Assembly (NCBI RefSeq): GCF_004804185.1
Contig: NZ_CP039404.1
DNA: 32,000 nucleotides
Origin: Escherichia coli
GTDB lineage: Bacteria; Pseudomonadota; Gammaproteobacteria; Enterobacterales; Enterobacteriaceae
Reading direction: 5' to 3' (one strand)
Of this stretch, positions 1 through 18,570 are shown in pieces (position 1 is the first letter of the stretch; each line of letters starts with the position of its first letter). The notes under the pieces were generated by a model. It searched no databases. It saw only the letters and a program-made list of their open reading frames with translations, and was not told the DNA's origin. Position numbers and translations under genes: made by a program.

Positions 1-48
1 CACCTGATGCATACGATATGCCTTAAATGCGGCACGAAAGGCTGTCAT
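1..48 (-). CDS. 5' end of a gene cut by the window edge; by chaperone-usher operon order probably the usher
   Basis: ATG at 48-46 (MTAFRAAFKAYRMHQV...) lies 41 nt downstream of the chaperone stop and is preceded by GGGA. Only 16 codons are visible, so the product is inferred from gene order alone. Confidence 0.3.
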   Translation of the reverse strand, partial: MTAFRAAFKAYRMHQV

Positions 49-89
49 TTTTAATCCCGATTGAGTTTATTATTAATTAGGTCACTGGC

Positions 90-809
90 TTACTGCATGG
101 TTGCCTTAATACGCGGAGTTAATGCACCGTAATCATTGATTGTCTGAAAACTGATATCCCCGGTTACAGCATGCGGGATATCCACCGATACTTCACCTTT
201 TGGCGGCACCATGGTGTTTGGGAGATTGCTATTTCCTGCTTTCATATTTGTTACGGTAATGAAGTAGGGCGTTGGATTAATAAGAGTGAGTTTGCTACCG
301 CTGCGACGAAACCGAAGCATTGCAGGCGCTTCTTCAGGTGCCATTGCCAGATGCGTGGGGCGATAAAACATTTTTATGCGGCTAATAATTGCCAGCTGTA
401 ATGTATTCTCATTCTTCTGGTCTTTTTCCATAGCAGGGATAGCTTTAACATTAACCCAGAACAGGCTTTCACGGTCGCCTGGTAACTGATGATTAGTGGC
501 GTTGATTATCCGAAGCGTATTCTCTTTTTTACCTTGCATGGAAAAAAGCGGTGGGGTAATGACAAACTGGGTATCTTTCTGGTCACCCGCATTTTCTATC
601 CATGACTGAATGAGATAGACACTGGCAGGATCATTATTCGTGACAGGCAATAAAACCTGTTTCTGGTTTGCCGGATAAATTACCCGCGTCGCACCAAGTG
701 CGACAGCTGCGTTGGCAATGGTGCTATGGCAAGCAAAGAGCAATAAAAGTAACACTGTCGCCATAAAGGAAACAGAGTAGGGGGTACGCGTAGTTTGCAT
801 CTGATGCAT
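90..809 (-). CDS. periplasmic fimbrial chaperone (PapD/FimC family)
   Basis: 239-aa ORF with a signal peptide (..FACHSTIANA/AV) and a typical chaperone N-terminus (ATRVIYP..., SVYLIQSWIEN). It lies downstream of a fimbrial subunit gene. The exact start among the N-terminal Met codons is uncertain. Confidence 0.85.
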   Translation of the reverse strand: MHQMQTTRTPYSVSFMATVLLLLLFACHSTIANAAVALGATRVIYPANQKQVLLPVTNNDPASVYLIQSWIENAGDQKDTQFVITPPLFSMQGKKENTLRIINATNHQLPGDRESLFWVNVKAIPAMEKDQKNENTLQLAIISRIKMFYRPTHLAMAPEEAPAMLRFRRSGSKLTLINPTPYFITVTNMKAGNSNLPNTMVPPKGEVSVDIPHAVTGDISFQTINDYGALTPRIKATMQ

Positions 810-1091
810 TCTCCATGTGTTAAGAGGATAAGCGGGGAAACCGTTACATCAGACAATCGGTAAATATTGCTAATGCATTGGCGAGTCGCCGGTTTTCCAG
901 ACTTAATGCGTTTGTAATAAATGTTGGTTCTCTTTTGATAGGAAAACCTTGCTACCAAGTAAATATTTTAAATAACAGCAAGTTTAACTACTGTTGTTTA
1001 TTGATCGTTTAGATATTATGTGATTTTTCATACCGCTCCAAAATACAAACCATTTTTCATTAATAATGAGATGAACATTGGTGAATTTCTC

Positions 1092-1120
1092 GGGTGTGCG
1101 TAGCCATGCCACACACACCC
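1092..1120 (-). promoter_or_regulatory. intercistronic stem-loop downstream of the major fimbrial subunit gene
   Basis: GGGTGTGCG (1092-1100) pairs with CACACACCC (1112-1120), giving a 9-bp stem with one G-U pair. There is no U-tract, so it looks more like an attenuator or mRNA stabiliser than a strong terminator. Confidence 0.3.
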
Positions 1121-1161
1121 TGTTTCAATTTCAGATGACGCATAGTCACCTTAAGAGTGAA

Positions 1162-1725
1162 TTATAGATATTGAACTTTGAAGGTCGCATCAGCGTTTGC
1201 AGTACCAGCTACTGACTGCCCGAGAGCAATATAACGAGCCTGGAACGGCAGTATATTCGTGCCATCAATCAAGTCAGTTTTAGCGCTAAAAGTAGCACCA
1301 TCAAGTACTAATACCTCCCCTGTACGGTCCAAAATTTGGATACCGACATTTTGGGCAGAGCCTGCCGCTGAACTCTGCAGCGCTAATGTATCGTCATTAC
1401 TGGTGACAGTAGTACCCAGGAATGCAACAGCTGCATTACTGGAAACATTGGTATCACAATCATTCAGCTTGATATTGAAGCCAACGGCGGAGCTGAGGTC
1501 ACCCGCTTTAGCCAGGCGAGAAGAACGAACCTGACCCAGCTCAACCGTTTGGTTCATTGATTCTGAATCAATCGCACAAGCGGCATTTACCACTTCACCT
1601 TTAAAATGAATTACACCGCCATTAACAGTGGTCGTTACTGATTCATCACCCTCGGCTGCGCTTACCGCAGCAGACGACATCGCCAACACAGAAACGACAA
1701 TAATACCGACATGTTTGAGTTTCAT
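1162..1725 (-). CDS. major fimbrial subunit, type-1 (FimA) family
   Basis: The ATG at 1725 is preceded by GGAG. Features are a signal peptide [25 protein letters not shown], a Cys pair near the N-terminus and a C-terminal beta-strand ...ATFKVQYL typical of pilins. The position next to yneL/dif suggests the yde (F9/Fml) fimbrial locus, but I cannot confirm that. Confidence 0.85.
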   Translation of the reverse strand: MKLKHVGIIVVSVLAMSSAAVSAAEGDESVTTTVNGGVIHFKGEVVNAACAIDSESMNQTVELGQVRSSRLAKAGDLSSAVGFNIKLNDCDTNVSSNAAVAFLGTTVTSNDDTLALQSSAAGSAQNVGIQILDRTGEVLVLDGATFSAKTDLIDGTNILPFQARYIALGQSVAGTANADATFKVQYL

Positions 1726-1832
1726 AATTCTCCAAAATTTATATTTAAGTAGCTGAATAAAGAGAGTTAACAATTAAGTTATTCTGTTATTGCTTATAAA
1801 AAAAGATCTTTAAATTACAAGGACACCTATTC

Positions 1833-1860
1833 ACAACAAGTTTATTGCTGCACTTGTTGT
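1833..1860. promoter_or_regulatory. 9-bp perfect inverted repeat in the AT-rich region upstream of the fimbrial subunit gene
   Basis: ACAACAAGT (1833-1841) and ACTTGTTGT (1852-1860) are separated by 10 nt, about 110 nt upstream of the subunit start. A function as operator or hairpin is only inferred. Confidence 0.2.
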
Positions 1861-2085
1861 AGAGAGTATTTGTAAAAACATTTTATGTCGCTAAATAACA
1901 TGACGATTTCATTATGCATGTTATTTATAAACAGCGACTAAACAGAATATTATTGCGAACAAGGGAAGTGTCAGGAAAGGTCAAGAGGTACTAATAGTTT
2001 ATATGGCTATAAACATTAGCTATGGTTAATGTTTGCCTGGTCTAACTAACACGGAATTGCTCTAAACAGATAAGTGCAGGGTTTA

Positions 2086-2340
2086 TTAAAGCTGACCGAC
2101 AGACTTTCTTAACCTGGTAATATCTCTCTTAGGTGACTCTCCAAACATCCGCGAATATTCCCGACTGAAATGGGATAAGCTTTCGTAACCGACAGCATAG
2201 GCTGCAGTGGTGACATCGTAATGTTCATTCAGCATCAGTCGCCTGGCTTCATTGAGGCCTAGCCATTTCCGATACCGGAGTGAACTCATTCCCGCAAGCT
2301 GTCTGAAGTGTTGATGGAAAGAGGGGGTGTTCATTTGCAC
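2086..2340 (-). pseudogene. yneL: AraC-family C-terminal HTH fragment (yneL-like)
   Basis: The 84-aa ORF (GTG start) contains only the second AraC HTH (..AAYAVGYESLSHFSREYSRMFGESP..) and no N-terminal domain. Its position between the fimbrial genes and dif/hipA matches remembered K-12 gene order. Confidence 0.6.
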
Positions 2341-2439
2341 GCGGTTTGCCAGCCTGACTCTTCAACGCTGAGAAGATGCGGCAAACGGCAAACCTGCATA
2401 CCAGCCAGCCTATATCCGGTATGCACAGGCCAATTATGA

Positions 2440-3857
<1,418 letters not shown>

Positions 3858-3873
3858 TTATGTCTGTTCCGTT

Positions 3874-3933
3874 CTCTTCCGCTTCCTCGTTTATTCGCTC
3901 ACTACGTTCGGTCATAAACCTGCGGCGAGCGGT
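3874..3933 (-). other. ColE1/pMB1 primosome-assembly-site-like segment, candidate minus-strand origin (copy 1)
   Basis: Lies in the 109-nt zot-secretin spacer. CTCTTCCGCTTCCTCG (16/16), CGCTCACT, CGTTCGG and CTGCGGCGAGCGGT (14/14) occur in the same order as in the pBR322/pUC segment next to ori. The minus strand carries GGAAGCGG. Confidence 0.4.
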
Positions 3934-3945
3934 GGCGGCTCTCTC

Positions 3946-5525
<1,580 letters not shown>

Positions 5526-5527
5526 AA

Positions 5528-7114
5528 CTAGACCTCAGCATGACGCATCAGTGCACGACGATAAACAAAATAAAGCCGAAAAATAGTCAATACATAAATA
5601 AAATATTCAAGAACAGGCCTCAACAACAAATCATATGCTGATGAAAAATCGGTTGTGTCAATTGAAAAATGCACAACCCCAATCACAGGAAGAGAAAATG
5701 AAAAATTAACCTCAATAGGTTGCGCACCTATTTGCCGTTGTTGTTGAGAAGGGAAAAATAACTTATCAAAATCAATAAACAACCACTCCTTCGGTAACTT
5801 ATCAATAAATCCAGAAATTAAAGAATCATAATCATCTGTTGAATCTTCATCATCACTATTGACAATATCTTTCAACTGGTCATCAAAAGTATTCAGTGCA
5901 TTATTTACATCAGTCTGAGAAAAAGAAAATACACTGTTCAGATCATTCACTGAACTCCAGATTCTCTGCAACCAGCCAAGAATATCACCAAGCCAGCCAT
6001 CATCATCACCGGAAGTGCTGCCACTGGATGAACCACCGGAAGTACTGCCACTGGATGAACCGCCGGAAGTACTGCCACCGGACGAACCGCCGGAAGTGCT
6101 GCCACCGGATGAACCACCGGAAGTGCTGCCGCCGGAAGTGCTGCCGCCGGACGAACCGCCGGAAGTGCTGCCACTGGATGATCCACCGGAAGTGCTGCCA
6201 CCGGAGGAACCGCCGGAAGTGCTGCCACCGGAGGAACCGCCGGAAGTGCTGCCACCGGATGAACCGCCGGAAGTGCTGCCACCGGATGAACCGCCAGAAG
6301 TGCTACCACCGGATGAACCGCCAGAAGTGCTGCCACCGGACGAACCGCCGGAAGTGCTGCCGCCGGACGAACCGCCGGAAGTACTGCCACCAGATGAACC
6401 GCCGGAAGTACTGCCACCGGAAGAACCGCCGGAAGTACTGCCGCCGGAGGAACCGCCAGAAGTGCTGCCACCGGACGAACCGCCGGAATTATCACCACCG
6501 TCAGTATTACCGTTATTCCCTTTATCATCAGTATCTCCGCTATCACCTTTATCTTCTGTATCTTCTTTATCAGAATAAGCCGGATCAACAGTTACAGGTT
6601 TCCAGGTAGCGGTACAAGAATCTGTACCATCGGGACAAATAATAGCAACACCCGTTGCCTCATAAATGCATCCATGAATGGTGACATATTTATTCCCTTT
6701 ATCATCCTTATAAACACCTGACAAAGAAACATTACTAAGCTCAGGACGGGATAAACAAACCTCTTCCGTGGGTTTAGCTGAATACGAAGCACCAAAATAT
6801 TGACCGTAAAAGCTATCCTTACACTGAGAATAAACCTTAACACCATCCTCAAAATGGTAAGACTTATAAGAGATCCAGTTACCTGTAACCAGTAAAAATG
6901 GCATACCCAAAAGATGATTAGTATCGCTGTAAGACGTAGTACAATAAAACGTATCACCTGAGCAGGATGCATATCCAGTAGTACAGGGTGGAGCTACACC
7001 GGCCCTTGCAACACGGGTACCGGAACCTGCATCACCAAGAAATTCTGTCGTTGAAGCTGCATATGCAGAATTAAATGAAAAAACAGCAACAAGGAAAATA
7101 AATATATATGCCAA
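5528..7114 (-). CDS. pIII-like adsorption/minor coat protein with a long Gly/Ser linker (copy 1, intact)
   Basis: 528 aa with a TTG start at 7114 behind GGGGGTGAG and a signal peptide MAYIFIFLVAVFSFNSAYA/A. It has a Cys-rich N-terminal domain, about 160 aa of (SGGSSGGST)n, and a C-terminal domain ending in a membrane anchor plus basic tail (..YVLTIFRLYFVYRRALMRHAEV). Confidence 0.75.
   Translation of the reverse strand: MAYIFIFLVAVFSFNSAYAASTTEFLGDAGSGTRVARAGVAPPCTTGYASCSGDTFYCTTSYSDTNHLLGMPFLLVTGNWISYKSYHFEDGVKVYSQCKDSFYGQYFGASYSAKPTEEVCLSRPELSNVSLSGVYKDDKGNKYVTIHGCIYEATGVAIICPDGTDSCTATWKPVTVDPAYSDKEDTEDKGDSGDTDDKGNNGNTDGGDNSGGSSGGSTSGGSSGGSTSGGSSGGSTSGGSSGGSTSGGSSGGSTSGGSSGGSTSGGSSGGSTSGGSSGGSTSGGSSGGSTSGGSSGGSTSGGSSGGSTSGGSSSGSTSGGSSGGSTSGGSTSGGSSGGSTSGGSSGGSTSGGSSSGSTSGGSSSGSTSGDDDGWLGDILGWLQRIWSSVNDLNSVFSFSQTDVNNALNTFDDQLKDIVNSDDEDSTDDYDSLISGFIDKLPKEWLFIDFDKLFFPSQQQRQIGAQPIEVNFSFSLPVIGVVHFSIDTTDFSSAYDLLLRPVLEYFIYVLTIFRLYFVYRRALMRHAEV
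6008..6487 (-). repeat. about 18 tandem 27-nt units encoding SGGSSGGST within the pIII-like gene (copy 1)
   Basis: The unit GGAAGTGCTGCCACCGGATGAACCGCC and variants repeat with a 27-nt period, including one shortened 15-nt unit. The repeat is in frame with the pIII ORF. Confidence 0.9.
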
Positions 7115-7133
7115 GACTCACCCCCTGAATAAG

Positions 7134-7158
7134 CAAAAAAAGCGCCCCGCAGGGCGCT
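7134..7158 (-). terminator. rho-independent terminator after the major coat gene (copy 1)
   Basis: The minus strand reads AGCGCCC-tgcg-GGGCGCT followed by TTTTTTT, 16 nt downstream of the pVIII stop. This matches the placement of the Ff gene VIII terminator. Confidence 0.75.
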
Positions 7159-7173
7159 GTTGTTAAATAACTA

Positions 7174-7434
<261 letters not shown>

Positions 7435-7441
7435 TTAAAAA

Positions 7442-7612
7442 TTAATTAACAACATCGCTGAACATCCGGCAGACCAGAGTGAAAATAACACCAAGGCCAA
7501 AACCAAGAAGCCAGCAGACAATCCAGACATACAGAACGGCCCAGTAAAGCTCCCCGTCCTGTACACCAGAATTTATTGCGGATAAAACACCGCTGAAATC
7601 GAATTCAGTCAT
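7442..7612 (-). CDS. small hydrophobic phage protein (56 aa), pVII/pIX-like position (copy 1)
   Basis: The ATG at 7612 overlaps the end of the preceding ORF (tATGACTGA), indicating translational coupling. It has one TM segment (WIVCWLLGFGLGVIFTLV). Confidence 0.45.
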   Translation of the reverse strand: MTEFDFSGVLSAINSGVQDGELYWAVLYVWIVCWLLGFGLGVIFTLVCRMFSDVVN

Positions 7613-7745
7613 AATAACGCTGAACAGTAATGATTTGTGAGTCACAGGCGCGAATCAGTTTTATTCCGATGCCAAAACCTGAAGAGAATAAAATCATTGC
7701 AGGCGCAGCGAATAAAACAAAGTTAAGAAAATCAGCGTCAGACAT
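7605..7745 (-). CDS. small hydrophobic phage protein (46 aa) (copy 1)
   Basis: The ATG at 7745 lies 5 nt after the upstream stop. The sequence MSDADFLNFVLFAAPAMILFSSGFGIGI... contains one TM segment. The start was chosen by coupling logic. Confidence 0.4.
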   Translation of the reverse strand: MSDADFLNFVLFAAPAMILFSSGFGIGIKLIRACDSQIITVQRYYD

Positions 7746-7749
7746 ATCA

Positions 7750-8118
7750 TCAGCCTTTTTCTTTACCTGCGGGCAGTGCACCCAGTGGCTGACCGTCAAA
7801 ACGTTTCATGGAGCCGGAAATAAAACGATACCAGACGCCATGACGTTCAGAGCCTGTTGCCCATGAATTCACATCCACCGTGAGATAAACAGGTTTACCC
7901 TTCAGGTCAGGACATGAATTAAAAAATTTAAAATCCTCCTCAGTACAGGAAAAGCGCTCATGCTCCTCACGACGGACTTTTAATTTTTTGTCCTCATACG
8001 GATAGGCAATAACAATGGCATATTTGGGTTTAGCCTCAGGGTTATAATGAGTACCACCGGGCTTTAACTCCTCATCATTTATAACAGTGGCGTGAATAAA
8101 ATATCCCGCCATTGTCAT
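7750..8118 (-). CDS. phage protein at the gene V position (possible ssDNA-binding protein); N-terminal 19 codons out of frame in copy 1
   Basis: Copy 2 encodes 141 aa from an ATG with a GAGGAG RBS. In copy 1 the equivalent ATG (8176) runs into a stop because of GGG (8144-8146) versus GG (16396-16397). The internal Met at 8118 leaves a 122-aa ORF. The function is positional inference only. Confidence 0.45.
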   Translation of the reverse strand: MTMAGYFIHATVINDEELKPGGTHYNPEAKPKYAIVIAYPYEDKKLKVRREEHERFSCTEEDFKFFNSCPDLKGKPVYLTVDVNSWATGSERHGVWYRFISGSMKRFDGQPLGALPAGKEKG

Positions 8119-8206
8119 ACCTGCGGTAAAACCATCAGGGGAAGGGAAACGGAAAGCTGTCGTAAATTTGATTCATAAATCAGACTCCTCAATGTTAAAA
8201 ATTCAG

Positions 8207-10305
<2,099 letters not shown>

Positions 10306-10318
10306 TGGAGATGGGCGA

Positions 10319-10501
10319 ATGAAAAGAAAGGCAATAGCAATTACAGAATCAACATATCTGGATATTACTAGAATAGCCCTTGAGATAAGCCAAAAAACAG
10401 GGCAAATAGTTACATGGTCGGAAGTTGTACACTTTATGATAAAAAACTACTTAAACGACGCAAAACAAGACATGATCCACCAAAGAAACCAAAAAAAATA
10501 A
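10319..10501 (+). CDS. small ribbon-helix-helix-like transcriptional regulator (copy 1)
   Basis: 60 aa with a GGAG RBS at 10307-10310. A basic N-terminal beta-strand (KRKAIAITES) is followed by two helices with a G-x-x-x-T turn (..ISQKTGQIVTWSEVVHFMIKNYL..). It is divergent from rep. Confidence 0.5.
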   Translation: MKRKAIAITESTYLDITRIALEISQKTGQIVTWSEVVHFMIKNYLNDAKQDMIHQRNQKK

Positions 10502-10543
10502 CATCGTAGTTACCTATAGATACGAAGATTGCTAAGAAGCAAT

Positions 10544-10699
10544 ATGCAGACAACCAGTGACTTAATTCTTGACCTGCTGATAAAGCATTTTGTTGTGGAT
10601 AGCATTACAGGCATGACGATGTTCGGCCTGATAACGCTTGTTCTTCCGTTGGTGATGACCATACACGACAAAATGAACAGGCGCACAGACTCCTTTTAA
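10544..10699 (+). CDS. possible 51-aa membrane peptide (copy 1)
   Basis: The ORF MQTTSDLILDLLIKHFVVDSITGMTMFGLITLVLPLVMTIHDKMNRRTDSF is below the ORF-track cutoff and has a weak RBS. It ends just before the attP hairpin. Support is weak. Confidence 0.2.
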   Translation: MQTTSDLILDLLIKHFVVDSITGMTMFGLITLVLPLVMTIHDKMNRRTDSF

Positions 10700-12111
<1,412 letters not shown>

Positions 12112-12127
12112 TTATGTCTGTTCCGTT

Positions 12128-12187
12128 CTCTTCCGCTTCCTCGTTTATTCGCTCACTACGTTCGGTCATAAACCTGCGGCGAGCGGT
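12128..12187 (-). other. ColE1/pMB1 primosome-assembly-site-like segment (copy 2)
   Basis: Identical to 3874-3933. Confidence 0.4.
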
Positions 12188-12199
12188 GGCGGCTCTCTC

Positions 12200-13411
<1,212 letters not shown>

Positions 13412-13414
13412 AAA

Positions 13415-13777
13415 TTATACTCCTGAAACTTTTCCTGATATAAATAATCGAATGTAACGATAAATACGATCCTTTGAATGGAAAAGAAAAGAAATAAAAT
13501 CAGCCGCAAGAACAAGATTCGCACAAAATGTAAAGTTATGAGGTAAATAACTGAACGCAACAATAAGATATCTGTTCATAACCGCAGAAGAAGAAACCGT
13601 ATCAATAACAGCATTGGCTGCAACGATAAAACTTACAGCCAAAGAAATCGACATAAAAAGATACGTTAACGTACCTGTATAAGAAAAAACAGAAGGGAAT
13701 TTATTCCTGAGAAAAGGAAGTAATCTCCTAAAAATAATAAGAACAAAAGAATAAATAAACTGTATAAAAACAACCAT
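13415..13777 (-). CDS. hydrophobic minor coat protein at the gene VI position (copy 2)
   Basis: Identical to copy 1. Confidence 0.55.
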   Translation of the reverse strand: MVVFIQFIYSFVLIIFRRLLPFLRNKFPSVFSYTGTLTYLFMSISLAVSFIVAANAVIDTVSSSAVMNRYLIVAFSYLPHNFTFCANLVLAADFISFLFHSKDRIYRYIRLFISGKVSGV

Positions 13778-13779
13778 AA

Positions 13780-15367
13780 CTAGACCTCAGCATGACGCAT
13801 CAGTGCACGACGATAAACAAAATAAAGCCGAAAAATAGTCAATACATAAATAAAATATTCAAGAACAGGCCTCAACAACAAATCATATGCTGATGAAAAA
13901 TCGGTTGTGTCAATTGAAAAATGCACAACCCCAATCACAGGAAGAGAAAATGAAAAATTAACCTCAATAGGTTGCGCACCTATTTGCCGTTGTTGTTGAG
14001 AAGGGAAAAATAACTTATCAAAATCAATAAACAACCACTCCTTCGGTAACTTATCAATAAATCCAGAAATTAAAGAATCATAATCATCTGTTGAATCTTC
14101 ATCATCACTATTGACAATATCTTTCAACTGGTCATCAAAAGTATTCAGTGCATTATTTACATCAGTCTGAGAAAAAGAAAATACACTGTTCAGATCATTC
14201 ACTGAACTCCAGATTCTCTGCAACCAGCCAAGAATATCACCAAGCCAGCCATCATCATCACCGGAAGTGCTGCCACTGGATGAACCACCGGAAGTACTGC
14301 CACTGGATGAACCGCCGGAAGTACTGCCACCGGACGAACCGCCGGAAGTGCTGCCACCGGATGAACCACCGGAAGTGCTGCCGCCGGAAGTGCTGCCGCC
14401 GGACGAACCGCCGGAAGTGCTGCCACTGGATGATCCACCGGAAGTGCTGCCACCGGAGGAACCGCCGGAAGTGCTGCCACCGGAGGAACCGCCGGAAGTG
14501 CTGCCACCGGATGAACCGCCGGAAGTGCTGCCACCGGATGAACCGCCAGAAGTGCTACCACCGGATGAACCGCCAGAAGTGCTGCCACCGGACGAACCGC
14601 CGGAAGTGCTGCCGCCGGACGAACCGCCGGAAGTACTGCCACCAGATGAACCGCCGGAAGTACTGCCACCGGAAGAACCGCCGGAAGTACTGCCGCCGGA
14701 GGAACCGCCAGAAGTGCTGCCACCGGACGAACCGCCGGAATTATCACCACCGTCAGTATTACCGTTATTCCCTTTATCATCAGTATCTCCGCTATCACCT
14801 TTATCTTCTGTATCTTCTTTATCAGAATAAGCCGGATCAACAGTTACAGGTTTCCAGGTAGCGGTACAAGAATCTGTACCATCGGGACAAATAATAGCAA
14901 CACCCGTTGCCTCATAAATGCATCCATGAATGGTGACATATTTATTCCCTTTATCATCCTTATAAACACCTGACAAAGAAACATTACTAAGCTCAGGACG
15001 GGATAAACAAACCTCTTCCGTGGGTTTAGCTGAATACGAAGCACCAAAATATTGACCGTAAAAGCTATCCTTACACTGAGAATAAACCTTAACACCATCC
15101 CTCAAAATGGTAAGACTTATAAGAGATCCAGTTACCTGTAACCAGTAAAAATGGCATACCCAAAAGATGATTAGTATCGCTGTAAGACGTAGTACAATAA
15201 AACGTATCACCTGAGCAGGATGCATATCCAGTAGTACAGGGTGGAGCTACACCGGCCCTTGCAACACGGGTACCGGAACCTGCATCACCAAGAAATTCTG
15301 TCGTTGAAGCTGCATATGCAGAATTAAATGAAAAAACAGCAACAAGGAAAATAAATATATATGCCAA
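13780..15367 (-). pseudogene. pIII-like adsorption protein, +1 frameshift (copy 2)
   Basis: CCC at 15099-15101 versus CC at 6847-6848 separates the signal peptide and N-terminal 90 aa (ORF 15089-15367) from the rest (ORF 13780-15225). Confidence 0.75.
14260..14739 (-). repeat. 27-nt Gly/Ser-coding tandem repeat (copy 2)
   Basis: The array has the same length and content as in copy 1. Alternative-frame ORFs of identical length occur in both copies. Confidence 0.9.
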
Positions 15368-15386
15368 GACTCACCCCCTGAATAAG

Positions 15387-15411
15387 CAAAAAAAGCGCCC
15401 CGCAGGGCGCT
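15387..15411 (-). terminator. rho-independent terminator after the major coat gene (copy 2)
   Basis: Same hairpin and T-run as 7134-7158. Confidence 0.75.
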
Positions 15412-15426
15412 GTTGTTAAATAACTA

Positions 15427-15668
15427 TCAGGTTGCGCGGGAAAGGAAGCCTTTAATGATACCGATACCCAGACGGGCAGCGAGTGAAACACCAAGAACGG
15501 CAAATGCAGCCGTACCTGCAATGCCAATAACACTGGTAATGGCTGTGCCAATTTCACCAACCGAATCAGGGGTAATAAAGGAAGGAACAGTAACCGCAGC
15601 AGAAGCCGAAGACGACATTACAATACCTGCCGTGGTCAGTCCCGATAATACCGGGTTTTTACTTTCAT
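15427..15668 (-). pseudogene. pVIII-like major coat gene, -1 frameshift in codon 6 (copy 2)
   Basis: The A at 7400 of copy 1 is missing between 15652 and 15653. Translation from the ATG at 15668 gives MKVKTRYYRD-stop. The remaining 63-aa ORF lacks most of the signal peptide. Confidence 0.75.
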
Positions 15669-15693
15669 AAAATTCCTCTTTGACGATTAAAAA

Positions 15694-15864
15694 TTAATTA
15701 ACAACATCGCTGAACATCCGGCAGACCAGAGTGAAAATAACACCAAGGCCAAAACCAAGAAGCCAGCAGACAATCCAGACATACAGAACGGCCCAGTAAA
15801 GCTCCCCGTCCTGTACACCAGAATTTATTGCGGATAAAACACCGCTGAAATCGAATTCAGTCAT
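15694..15864 (-). CDS. small hydrophobic phage protein (56 aa) (copy 2)
   Basis: Identical to 7442-7612. Confidence 0.45.
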   Translation of the reverse strand: MTEFDFSGVLSAINSGVQDGELYWAVLYVWIVCWLLGFGLGVIFTLVCRMFSDVVN

Positions 15865-15997
15865 AATAACGCTGAACAGTAATGATTTGTGAGTCACAGG
15901 CGCGAATCAGTTTTATTCCGATGCCAAAACCTGAAGAGAATAAAATCATTGCAGGCGCAGCGAATAAAACAAAGTTAAGAAAATCAGCGTCAGACAT
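15857..15997 (-). CDS. small hydrophobic phage protein (46 aa) (copy 2)
   Basis: Identical to 7605-7745. Confidence 0.4.
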   Translation of the reverse strand: MSDADFLNFVLFAAPAMILFSSGFGIGIKLIRACDSQIITVQRYYD

Positions 15998-16001
15998 ATC
16001 A

Positions 16002-16427
16002 TCAGCCTTTTTCTTTACCTGCGGGCAGTGCACCCAGTGGCTGACCGTCAAAACGTTTCATGGAGCCGGAAATAAAACGATACCAGACGCCATGACGTTC
16101 AGAGCCTGTTGCCCATGAATTCACATCCACCGTGAGATAAACAGGTTTACCCTTCAGGTCAGGACATGAATTAAAAAATTTAAAATCCTCCTCAGTACAG
16201 GAAAAGCGCTCATGCTCCTCACGACGGACTTTTAATTTTTTGTCCTCATACGGATAGGCAATAACAATGGCATATTTGGGTTTAGCCTCAGGGTTATAAT
16301 GAGTACCACCGGGCTTTAACTCCTCATCATTTATAACAGTGGCGTGAATAAAATATCCCGCCATTGTCATACCTGCGGTAAAACCATCAGGGGAAGGAAA
16401 CGGAAAGCTGTCGTAAATTTGATTCAT
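16002..16427 (-). CDS. phage protein at the gene V position, full-length 141-aa form (copy 2)
   Basis: The ATG at 16427 is preceded by GAGGAG at good spacing. The protein lacks predicted membrane segments. A function as ssDNA-binding protein is inferred from position only. Confidence 0.5.
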   Translation of the reverse strand: MNQIYDSFPFPSPDGFTAGMTMAGYFIHATVINDEELKPGGTHYNPEAKPKYAIVIAYPYEDKKLKVRREEHERFSCTEEDFKFFNSCPDLKGKPVYLTVDVNSWATGSERHGVWYRFISGSMKRFDGQPLGALPAGKEKG

Positions 16428-16457
16428 AAATCAGACTCCTCAATGTTAAAAATTCAG

Positions 16458-18557
<2,100 letters not shown>

Positions 18558-18570
18558 TGGAGATGGGCGA

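Noticed and set aside
6008-6487. Regular 27-nt repeats could superficially resemble a CRISPR array.
   Set aside because: The repeats are contiguous with no unique spacers. They are in frame with a coding sequence and encode a Gly/Ser linker.
5896-6609. Long ORFs overlapping the pIII repeat in other frames or on the other strand, and their copy-2 twins at 14148-14861. They are a 237-aa His/Arg/Cys-rich ORF, a 187-aa PPEVL-repeat ORF and a 213-aa Ala/Val/Pro-rich ORF.
   Set aside because: They exist only because a 27-nt GC-rich repeat has no stop codons in several frames. They have no RBS or independent start context, and they lie wholly inside a gene with a clear signal peptide, domains and anchor.
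10529-10542. Small hairpin TTGCT-aaga-AGCAA after the regulator gene, considered as the Rep nick site or plus-strand origin.
   Set aside because: A 5-bp stem is too weak to call, and it shows no recognisable similarity to a nick-site consensus I can vouch for. The origin remains unlocated.
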